Part shown: piece by piece, positions 12,601-23,300 of the stretch
How the letters are laid out: each line of letters starts with the position of its first letter
Position numbering within the stretch: position 1 is the stretch's first letter
Source: Macrostomum lignano
Taxonomy: Eukaryota
Assembly: GCA_002269645.1 (NCBI GenBank)
Contig: NIVC01003375.1
Location: 37,132-101,131 of the forward strand
Length of the DNA stretch: 64,000 nt
Direction: 5' to 3'
Notes under the pieces: generated by a model
What the model was told of the DNA's origin: nothing
Seen by the model: the letters and a program-made list of their open reading frames with translations, nothing else
The model's database searches: none
Program-made: the position numbers and the translations under genes

Positions 12601-13380
12601 TGCCGCGACGCCAAGCGCCGACCAGCCAATCGAATCTGTAGCATTCGCACTGGCTTGAGCTGCCAGCAGAACCGAAACAAGCTCGGCATTTCCTACCAAC
12701 ACCGCATTTTGCAGTGCCGATATCCCGTCATCGTTTGCAAGATCGACATCCGTCATGTTGGCTATCAATAAGCTGACTACCGAAGGATTGCCACCCAGAA
12801 CGGCAGCTTGAAGGATAGTGTTTCCCGCGGAGATGATAGCTCGCTCTCGGCGATTATTGCTTGCCTGACGACGACCAACATTGCTAACCGGAAAACAAAC
12901 GTCTGTTTGAAAGTTCAAGTCCGCCCCGGCCTGCACTAGAGCCACTGCAGCACTAAAATGGCTGTTGAGGGCGGCTGCGAATAGCGACAAGTTTAGTTGC
13001 ATCTCCGACACAGGGCAGATCTCAGATAGGAGGAGCTGCACCATCTCGGAATTGCACAGGGCAGCAGCCTCGGTCACTGGGGTCTCACCGGACAATGTTG
13101 CGAGGTTTGAATCCGCCTGAGCTGCCACCAGCAAGCGCAGAGCTTGCAGATGACCTCGGCGGACTGCCAAATGGACGGCCGTTGATCCGTCTGTTGTGGT
13201 TGCATCGACATCAGCCATGGCTTCGATCAGGGAGCGAACCGTTTCAATTTCATTGCGCCACACTGCCGAATGAAGTTGAGTCCATCCGGTAGCTGGGTCT
13301 CTCTCTTCTGGACTGTTCTGCTCATGCAGCCACTTGCGAACTGATGAAGTCCGAGTCTCTGCATTGACGTCGGATTGCAT
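9635..13380 (-). CDS. Ankyrin-repeat + cGAS-like/Mab-21 nucleotidyltransferase (cGLR) protein, ~1125 aa, 2 exons
   Basis: Exon 1 13380-11436 (donor G|GTGAG, phase 1); exon 2 11067-9635 (acceptor TTTTACAG|, phase 1; alternative NAGNAG acceptor 3 nt downstream); total 3378 nt in frame. ~14 ankyrin repeats (e.g. GWTQLHSA, MTPLHYAS, GWTPLHVA). NTase motif FGSFADG...DSDIDIT; third acidic residue in IDEIRAHPCCNYP; Mab-21 C-lobe motifs MRVSTTHLER, LKYL, IKTYHAKNLLFY, MRHFFL. Confidence 0.88.
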
Positions 13381-14599
13381 TTTTTCTAAATTTCACCTTA
13401 GATAGAGTGAGCAGCTCAAGCAGCAACGTATGCAATGAGCACGGGACAACTACTCTATTTATGCTTGAGGCGAGAGAGGACAATAGAAATCATGAACGGC
13501 TTCCTCAAGCTACAATATTTTGCGATCTGAGTGGCGTACTTCCAGTCTGGAATGAGCATTTTATTGTGGTACGCGTTGTCTACACCCTACTCTGATAGTG
13601 TACAATTGGCTTGCAACCTCAGTGCAAGCATGCCGTAAACAGTGGATCTAAAATTAAGACGCATACATTATTTTTACGAAAAAATTTTCTGTCTTTTTCC
13701 TGTGCTAAATGCTTTTCAGCATAATTGGTTGAAGTACGAAGGCCATCCAGTTGACTGTTTGCCAGAAATTGCTCGCAGCAATGGAAACATCAGATTGCAG
13801 GGTTTTGCGTTCGCAACTGCGCAGTTCAGTGACGATCTTGAATGCGCCTCTTTCTCTCAATATTCCAGCTGTAGTGCAGACTCCAGTGAGGACATGGCGT
13901 ACCTTAAAGGTTGGGCATGGATACTAATATTGGACTACTGTCAAAAGCAATTTACACCCAATCAGTTTTTGAAATTATAAATTCCCTCGATAATGTACTT
14001 TTTAAGAACTGCGAGCCTTTATAAGATTTTTTTCCAAGAAACAATTGGCTCACAAAGTGAAGATTTAGTAGAGGTGTTGAATACTCAGTGATAATTACTA
14101 GTAGCTTAATTGAAGCCACTTTATCTTGTCAGTTGTCAGCTCGTTCGGCCCCAGGACTTCCTACCGGGCATTCGAGTATAAGATCACCTGAAACTTATTA
14201 GTAAAATAATTAGCAGAAACAACACTAATGTTATTTGTCAATTTTTGACTAAGTACTGCAGAAACAGTAAATATGATTATTAAGAGCTCTAATCAGGTAA
14301 GCGATACGCAATGCGGTCTATTTATTGTATTAAAAACCGATCTGTGCAAACTGCGCGATAGTGAGATGAAGAATGACAGCAGCTGATTAATGCGGGATAA
14401 TGACAGACTGGGAGACGGTAAAAATTATTTAATTATTGCCAGCCGAAGAGCCGAGATGGAGCACAGTGTCGCAGCTAACAATACGCTAACATATGCAAGC
14501 AGATATTCATTTCTGTTTAACTTGGTTTCTTAAATCAGCAGCTCGGAATATTGCTGGAAGGATTGCAATTCACTGCAAGATGAGTTTGATGAGAGCAGG

Positions 14600-14825
14600 T
14601 GAGGCGAGAAATGAGATCTGAAATGATATGGAAGGAAAGGGAGATAAGATGTGAGGAGAGAGATGAGATGAGATGTGAGGAGATAGATGAGATGTGAAGG
14701 GAGATGAGATGTAAGGAGACAGATGAGATATGAGGAGGGAGATATGTGAGGGAGATGAGAGGTGAGGAAGATGAGATGTGAAGAGAGACATGAGATGCAC
14801 AGGGACGGATTGAGATGAGAGGTTT
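14600..14825 (+). repeat. Degenerate (GAGAT)n simple repeat
   Basis: Direct reading. Confidence 0.8.
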
Positions 14826-15409
14826 GGATAGGTCGTATTCAATACAAAGCAAAGCAGCAGCCCAGCGAGACAAAGTGAGCAGCCATAATTATCGCAAAAT
14901 AATGCCAGAATAGAAAAAGCAAAACAAAGGCGCGAGAGATCCGACTGTTGACGAGGCCATATTGCAAGCCAAGCTTGAGTGAGCTGGTTAGACAGGAGGA
15001 TTAAATCCCGCGCAAAGGAGTTGTGGAGACTCAAAAGAACATGCCCTATCTAGCAAAGGCTTGCTTTAAATAAAAGTCTGTAAAAACAAGAGAATAGAGA
15101 AAAACTGTTGACTCAGAATACGCTCGCAAAAAAAAGCATGAGAAAGTCGCAAAGTCACTTAGGAATTCAGCTTGAGCTACCTGTAATCTGCCCAATTCCA
15201 ATAAGATAGAAGATTATTTTACAAAAAAGCAAAATCTAGAACTACGACTGTCGATCGCTGTTATCTGAATCCTGAATATCAGGCTTATCAATAGCTTCAC
15301 AAAAAAGATCAAAAGAGATGCCGCTTTGAGCTCCAAATAGAACTAAACACTGAGTTTCTGATTAGAATCAGAACAGATCAAAAGAAACACCGACAGTCTG
15401 GCAGAAAGA

Positions 15410-16166
15410 TCAAAGGCTGCGGCCGCCAGCAGCCGCACTGGCGCCGCCAAAGAGAGCCGCCTGCAGGTCGGCCAGATGGTCGAGCTCGCGGTCTTCAACA
15501 ATGCGGAACTTGGCATTGAACAGCAGGCAGTGCCTGGTCACGGTGTTCAGGTGCGGCACCAGGTCGAGGCGCAGCACGGCGTCGTAATGCGCTGAGTAGA
15601 TGTGCGCCAGAATGTGCAGCAGGTGGCGCAGCACGCAGCCAGAGGCGGAGTGCAGATCGTGCAGGAAGGCCTGGCCGTAGCGGGTGGGGAACTGGCCGAG
15701 CAGCTCCTGGCACTGGGCCAGGGCGCTGTCGATCTGGTTGCGGGCGTTGGCGCGGGCCTGGAGACACCAAACAGAGTTCGAGTTAGTTTAAACCCTGGTA
15801 TTATTTAAACACCTGCGGGCCTCTCACCTTCTTTGCTTTCTCCTCGGTAACTCCAAAATTGACGCCTCCAGGGCCAGTAAACCGATCGCAGGTGCAAAAA
15901 TCGAACACAGCCTCAAACAGGGTGCCAACATTTTCATACAGGGCGGTCACGTGAGTGGCGATCCATTCGTTCTGCTGGAGCAGCAGTGGCTGGTCGAGAA
16001 GGCTGTCCAGGTCTGCACTCAATGAGATCTGCTTGGACGCATACTCAGTCTGGGTGTAGAGTCTGGACTCGTCTGGCCCAGCTGTAGAATTGGAGCCAGA
16101 ATTGCCATTAGAAGCAATTGCAGCGCCTCCTGGCTTGCCACGAGCTTTGCCAATGAGCCAGTCCAT
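15410..16166 (-). CDS. MOB2: MOB kinase activator, MOB2-like, 228 aa, 2 exons
   Basis: Exon 1 16166-15828, 70-nt GT-AG intron, exon 2 15757-15410, phase 0. Motifs LDQPLLLQQNEWIATH, FCTC, FPTRYG, VLRHLLHILAHIYSAH, HLNT resemble the Mob1/phocein family and the MOB2 subfamily (FPTKYG...HVLAHIY). Confidence 0.85.
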
Positions 16167-17138
16167 GTTGACTGTTGCGGCTAATTGAACTGCTAGATTA
16201 TTGAGTTACTGCACTGAAAAGAGTTACTGCACTTTATAGAGCTATCAAAGCTATGTAGCCATGAACAATATCAATATTGTATCCAATAATATATCCAAGC
16301 TGAGTCTAGTATATATGACGTTAAAGTAGTTATTACTTTTTTCAAACAATACACAAAAAAAGCTTAATTTGAAATTAATAAAACTATTCCACAATAGTTA
16401 ATATTTTAACAATAGATATTAGAGTTCCATTATAGCTATAGATATAGCTAAAAGAAACTAGTCTATTGGATATGACAAATTTTAGATAAAATATATAAAT
16501 GCTTAAAGGTTATAGGAAAATATAGTTCCATATCTGATATTAGCAAAAATAATAAATAACTAAGATCCTTGAAGCCCTTTATTTAATAAGCAGGAGAGTA
16601 GAAATGAATGAATGCTACTAGTTTTAAACCTTTATAATTTTATAGGAGCTTTTAATTATTTAGGGTCAAGGTCAAATATTTAATTAACAATTTTCTATAC
16701 ATGTATATTTAATATTTATCCTATACTAGACAAATAAAAGCAATATTGTTTTCCCATATTAGATGAATAGTCAACATTATCTTTTCTTTTTAATAGACTG
16801 CACCTATGCAATATAAATTATACAATATAATGTGACTTGACTATGTATTCATATTTATATTGTCAGAATGTCAGTTTGGACCATTTTGCTTTTATCTATA
16901 TAGGCTCACATGAAGCTAAGAGACAATACCAGTTTTAAAGCCTGTTGTGTGACAAGCTAAAATATAAAAGAACCTTAAGAGGTCTGGAGTGAAGGAAGTA
17001 CACAATTATTTTGGAGCACCACTTGACAACTTGTGCAGCTTAGGCTAGGGCCTATTTTAAATTCAAGACATAACAATGGCATTGTTGTCTTGAAAGAACC
17101 TGTAAGAGCTTCCCTAGATAGAAGAAAAATTTGAGGCC

Positions 17139-17829
17139 TTGATCAAGTGGTTTGAAACCATCTGCAAGAGATCTAGCGTGAAGGATGAGAAAAAGGAAAG
17201 GTTTTCATCTAAGACCAACTTTTTTATAAGCCTTATGGAGGAAACTGCCTACAACAAGCTGCAGAATCTAGTCACTCTGGCAAAGCCAGAGAAAAAGACC
17301 TTCAAAGAATTGAAGGATGAAATTGAGAAGCATGTTGTGCCACAGAAGAAACTGGTTATAGCTGAACACTACAAGTTTAACTTATTAAAGCAAGATGAAT
17401 ATGAGTCAATGGCAGATTTTGAGAATAGGTTATGTGCCCAAGCAGACCAATGTCAATGATGTCAATTTGGAGATTTCCTACAAGAAGCTTTGAGACAAAT
17501 TCATGGCAGGACTGCGCAGTGAGTCTGTGGTGAAAAGCTGCTTATCAAAGACCCACTGACCCTGGAGGCTGGAGCTGGCAGTGGAGACTGCCACAGTGCA
17601 AGAGCAAGTAAGCAAAAGTGCCTTAAGCACTAATGGAAAGGTGGAAACAGTCAGTGCAACTAAGGGCAGAGTACGACAACAAAACAGGGCCCAAGCTCAA
17701 GGACGCACATTCAGTAAGGCTTGCAATTTCTGTATAAAGAGGCACCCGCCAAAGGCATGCCTTGCATATGGAGCAAAATGTCGAAAAAGTGGGAAAATTA
17801 ATCATTTTGAAGCTGCATGTAAGCTGTAA
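17139..17829 (+). mobile_element. Degenerate Ty3/Gypsy LTR-retrotransposon gag fragment
   Basis: WFET..., LKDEIEKHVVPQKKLVIAEHYKF..LKQDEYESMADFENRL..QADQCQ, then after stops/frameshifts a zinc-knuckle-like CNFC..H..AC..YGAKCRKSGKINHFEAAC. No pol or LTRs seen. Confidence 0.75.
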
Positions 17830-18160
17830 ATCTGCTAGCGGACATTTTCTAAACAAAATCAAAATCTGCTAGAGCTAGGCCTAGCAGTAGCAGGACTAAA
17901 TAATTATCACGAGAGTCATCAGTCATGATCATTGATTAAAATGTAGCTTCTTAGCAAAGCTCATAGAAATATTATGAATAGGATGATCTATTCGTTGCAA
18001 ATACTGTATAACAAACAGTGTTTCATCGTTCAGGATTGGGCAGTCAGTGTTCCATTGACCATTTTATTTAGGAGACCAAGAAATTATTATGAACCTTATG
18101 AACCCTTAAGGTTCATTATGAAGGTCATTATAAGGTTATTATGAACCCTCCAAACAGTCC

Positions 18161-20030
18161 ATTTCGGCGACAAGTCATTTCGGCGACAACCATTTCGGCG
18201 ACAAGTCATTTCGGCGACAACCATTTCGGCGACAATACTTTTGAACAAATTTATTTAAATTTATTAAATCAAATAAAAGAAGTCACAAATCCGTCAAATC
18301 GGCAGAAGCGCGGAACAAATCGGCAACAAATGTAAGTAAAAGATTAAAAGTAAGATTAAAAGTAAAATACCTTACTGTTCCACAGGGGCATTCATGCAGC
18401 TGCAAGCGAGCAGAAGTCCCTCTAAAGTCCTGGTGCTGGCCTCATACTCCGCCCAGAGACGGAAGTAGGCCTCCTGCCTTGCATGCACTGCTGGCCGTGC
18501 GTCCCGACGAGTGGCACCCTGGCTAAGTAGCGCTGCATCAATCTCAACCTGGTGGGCCTCCTGGTACAGCAGCTTCAGCAGCAAGTAGAACTGCACATTA
18601 GCCCTCATAGCACGGCGCTATAGCTTGTTGTGCCAGCCCTCAGTATCATTGTTTGTTCTAATGGCTAGCCGATAGACTGAGAGCTCCTGCACTCGCCAGC
18701 TGGAGCCGCAGATCCACGTGCCCTGGACGTAGTCACAGAGGCCATTCAGTTCAACATCGGTGACCGTGCTCCGCAGTGTATAGAAGGCATTCGCGATTCT
18801 GTTGCCAGGCAGAAATGGCAATGCCATGAGTTGTCAGCAGAACGTCTGCGTGTCGTCATCATTCGAGTATGCTGGTGCGAGGCCAGTGGTGAGGATGCGG
18901 CGGTAGATAGCCTGGGTGAAATGAAAGGCACAACCATGCCGCGTAGCTGTTGGAAACTCGGTGTGTATTGCTCGCCACACCGCTGCCTCGTAGTCCATCA
19001 TGCACTCAGATGGCCGGCCATAGAGGACATCACGGGCGAAAATGAAGACTAAGCGGTAGTCCTCGTAGCCTCTATCAGACATTAGCACCATTAGCAATGG
19101 CACCTGCTTTAAGTGCCCTTCAGGGCCGACAACAAATGTGTGCAGTGAGTACAGCTGCTGAAATGGCGCTGGTACAACACTGAATGTGCCGTCCAGTTAC
19201 CAGTTTGTCGCGCGTCGGAGATAGTGTAGCATTGCGGGTGTTGCCATCAGCAGATGTCGTCGACCAGGTTCTCTGATGTCATGCACGACAAAGTTCTCAG
19301 GCACCGAGGCATGCAATTTGAAATTGATGTCGGCCGGTTCCTCCGGTCAGTCTGCCGCACGCTTGCGATTGGCAGCAGCTCCTCGCATGCAATCTGTGGC
19401 GCCGACGTGAAGAGCTGCTGCTTAGGCCCTAGCTCGCGCTGCAACAGCCTGGCGCAGCCTCTTCCTCTCAGCAGGCCGGTACTGCTCCTCATGGTTGTGC
19501 TGTGCGGGGCCTGGCGTGAACAGGTTGCCTCGCTGAGTCACTGTGGCCTTGCATGTCGCCTTGGCATTACGCGTTGTGCACCTCCAGTACACCACCTCTC
19601 CTCGTCTGCGGCTGATGACAAAAGTAAATCTGCTGTCCACAACAAGCGAGTCCTTGCCTCTGGTTGAACCGCCACGAACAATTTCGAATGGTACTGCAAT
19701 TCGTGGTGCGAGATGTTGAGGCGGGGGTACTTCTACTGGGACAGCACCTTGCCGTTTCTGTTCTTGCCAATCAATTCGCTCAGGGTCAGGCTGCTCAGGC
19801 TCAGGCTGCTCAGGGTCAGGCTGCTCAGGCACTGGCCATGAGCACAGGCTGCACAACCAGTCGAAGCTCTCCAGTCTCTGTAGCTGGCGGTAATGCTGCT
19901 GTGTCACGCCGCTGTTGCAGGTCCTATGCTGCCACCTGGAACATTCGTCACATTGCAAATGCACTCGTCCACCATTCTTGGAAAAAGGCATTTGTAAATT
20001 TTTAAACAACAACTGTAACAAGTAAAACTA
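18161..20030 (-). mobile_element. Degenerate Mutator-like (MULE) transposon: PHD finger + FLYWCH + MULE transposase
   Basis: PHD-like CDECSRWQHRTC..WLCSLC; FLYWCH-like YWRC..CKATV..HNH; MULE core LDGTF, MMDYEAAVWRAI, GCAFHFTQAI, RTNNDTEGWHNKL. Premature stops (e.g. TGG TAA CTG GAC ~19197; TGC TGA ~18832; TAG ~18619). Five CATTTCGGCGACAA repeats at 18160-18235 look like a subterminal repeat. Confidence 0.85.
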
Positions 20031-20392
20031 ATGCGTACTAAAAATAAAATACTTATGAACTGTTTTAACTTTAAGCCTAATTTAAAATTTCAATTAAGTT
20101 TAAAAAATTGTTTCTAAGCTCTAACGTTTGCTTGGGCTAAATCAGTAGTAGTTTTGTCTTGATCAGTTTACATTGCTAACTTCACTACCAGAGTTACAAT
20201 CCAGAGTGTAAAAGTCCGCAAATTGATAACTCGTAATTAAACCATAATCATTTTGATCTCTCTCAGCTCGATCGAATTGACCCATATTAGTCTACAAACT
20301 CAAGTAAAACAAAGTCAAATTTTGTTTCTAATTTTAACTTAAATTTATATAGACGTATAGTCCTATAGACTCCAAGTTTTCTAGCTGGAAAA

Positions 20393-23300
20393 ATGAGCAA
20401 CCCAACTTTTGAAGCTGCATTAGCTAAAGCAAAACAGGTAAGGCATTGGGAAGTCTGTTATAATATACTTTTGTAAACTTTCACAAATTTCATGTCCTTG
20501 CAACTTGTCTGTTATTGCTAGGTAATTAACAGGTAGCGGGCTTATGGATCCAGAGAATTTTGAATGAACTATATGAACTATAACTTTTGCCAACACATTT
20601 TCTGACACATCTTTTGACACTTTTTACAACTCTTAAAATGTTGCAAAAGTGTCAGATGTGTCCAAAAATGTGTCAGTAAAAGTTATACAAATTTTTTAAA
20701 GGGGGTACAGATTGCCCATAGTCCGGAAGGTGGCCTTTACGCCGGAATTTTCCGGCGTAATTTTGCACTTGCTGACAATCTTGGCATACATTTGGCATAT
20801 AGAATATTCAGGTTCAACATGAAGTGTAAACAACCGGCGTACAAGAAATAGAAAAGTTCAGGGCTGATGCAATCGTGTAATTAAATATCAATTAACCAAA
20901 GCTCTTCTGAATATAAACAGTTAACAAAACAGAAAATATTAACAAAATTTACGAGAAAAACAAAATTAAAACAAAGAATATTAGTTTTTGGAAAAAATCA
21001 GCCATTTTCAAGTAAATAATTATTTTTAAGTTTTAAAAAATACAAATTCTTTAAAAAGTTGGCGTATAAACAACTTTTGACTTAGCGTAAAAAATTTTTG
21101 AACTTTACGTCGGCGTAAAATTGAAAAGACACGAATTTTCACTCCGGCGTACGCCTGCCATGATCCGGACTATGGCAGATTGCTTAAGTACATATATATC
21201 ATATATTATATACCATAGGCCTAGTCCGGATCATGGCAGGTGTATGCCAGAATGAAAATTATGTTTTTTCAATTTTACGCGGAAACTAAAATTGTTTATA
21301 TGCCATTTTTTAACATATATATATTTTTAGGAACTCAAAACTTTTACTAAACTTTAAAACAGCTATTTTTGCTAAAAACTAATATTCTTTGTTTTAATTT
21401 TTATTTTCTCGTGATCATATTCATATTTTCTATTTTAGTTTTCAATTATTTTTAAAAAGCCTTCAACGTTGGTTGTAGTATTCCGCCATAAGGAGGGTCC
21501 ATGTACCATAGCCATAGCCATAAGCAAAACTATGGCTTATTCCAATTCTCCATATTCTGTAGCCGTAGGGACCCCAAAATTATCATATTCCCATAGTCCC
21601 TATAGCTATAGCTATAGTTTTAACAAAAAGTCTAGAAAACAAAATATTTTGAATCAAAAAGATAACCTAGTGCTTAAAAAACTACAAATTAAAAAAATAA
21701 AAAAAACACTCAATTGCCCTTGTAAGATTATATTTTGTCTTTTTTAGAGCAACAATACTTAATCGTTACTGAAAGTACTAATGCTAAACTTTTTCACATT
21801 AATTAAAATTAGAGTTTGCTAGTGTTTTATTGTACTTTTTTAGATATATTTCTAAGTTTCTAGGTGGATAATACAGTTTACTAAAAGTATCTTGTTTTAT
21901 TCTACCTGTTTCTAATATTTTTTCTATTTTTTAATATTAATAACTATGGCTACAGGAATTTACAGAATGTGACAGCAACTACCATATTTCTGTAGTTATA
22001 GCCATAAGAGCAGCTAGTTACCGTAGGTATATCTATAGCTGCCATAGGCACCTATTTTACTATATTTGCCGTAGGATCCCATAGTCGTAGCTACAGCTAG
22101 TTGGAACACTAGTTGGTTGATATTTAACTACACAATTATATTAGCCTTGAACTTTGCTATTTTTTGTATGCCGACTGTGTACACTTCATGTTGAACCTGA
22201 AAATTCAATATGCCAAATATACACCAAGATTGTTAGCGAGAGCAAAAATTTCTAGCGTAAAGGCCACCTTCTGGACTATAGATTATATATACTATATCTA
22301 TATGTATAATAATGTATATTTTCTATAAAAATAAAAAAAATTCTAATGCAATGGAAGGAATACAATCTACTTTGGTAATAGCCACTTCAGTAACAGCTAC
22401 TTTGGTAACAAAGCAAATTTATAACTATTAACATTATATTTTCATGGTAGCTAACTTTAGTAACTAATTAGTAACTAACTATTACTTTAATAATTAACTT
22501 TTACACTATTTTATTGCCAAGTATGGTTTAACTTTCTAGTTAAACTAAATTATAATTTGTTTAAATCTGTGATTTAAATTTGTAAAAAATTTAAAGGTAG
22601 CAAAGAACAATGTCAATATACATTATAGTCCAGATCATACTAGGTGCATACCTGAACAAAAATTGAATAGTTATAAATGTATGCCAAAAAATTTAGTGCA
22701 TGCCCATTCTCAAAAATATATTGGTATTGCAACAATAAATGACCTTTTATGTTATGACAATAAATGACTTTTTTAATTGCATAATAGATAATTTGGTTGA
22801 TTTTTATGCTTTTTTGGCAATACTATTTACAAATTTACAGTATAAAATTGATACATGCAAAGATTTGTTTCAATGCTTTTAACAAGCTTGAAAAAACTAG
22901 AAAGCTTAAAATTTATACTTAATAAATAATTTTTTTTCATTTTTTTCTACTTTATAATAACATTTACATATGATTCTATAAAGTGCATGCCAGGTATGCA
23001 TGCATGCTATTTTCTTAAGAGTGATGCATGCCAACTATGCACGCCTAATTTTGAAGTGGAAGGCCAATGCATGCCCAATTTTTTGGCATATACTACATGA
23101 TCTGGAGTGTGGAATATGCAATTGTTTGAAAGTAAATTTTGAATTAAGTAATTGTAAATAAAGAAATATTAGATTTGATTAATGAAGTCACTAACTGATG
23201 TATTCTGATATATTTGATGTACAGTGTATATAGAGATTCTGATGTATATAATATTTAATTAACAGGATGTCTCAGCTTGTATGCATCTAGTATACCTGGA

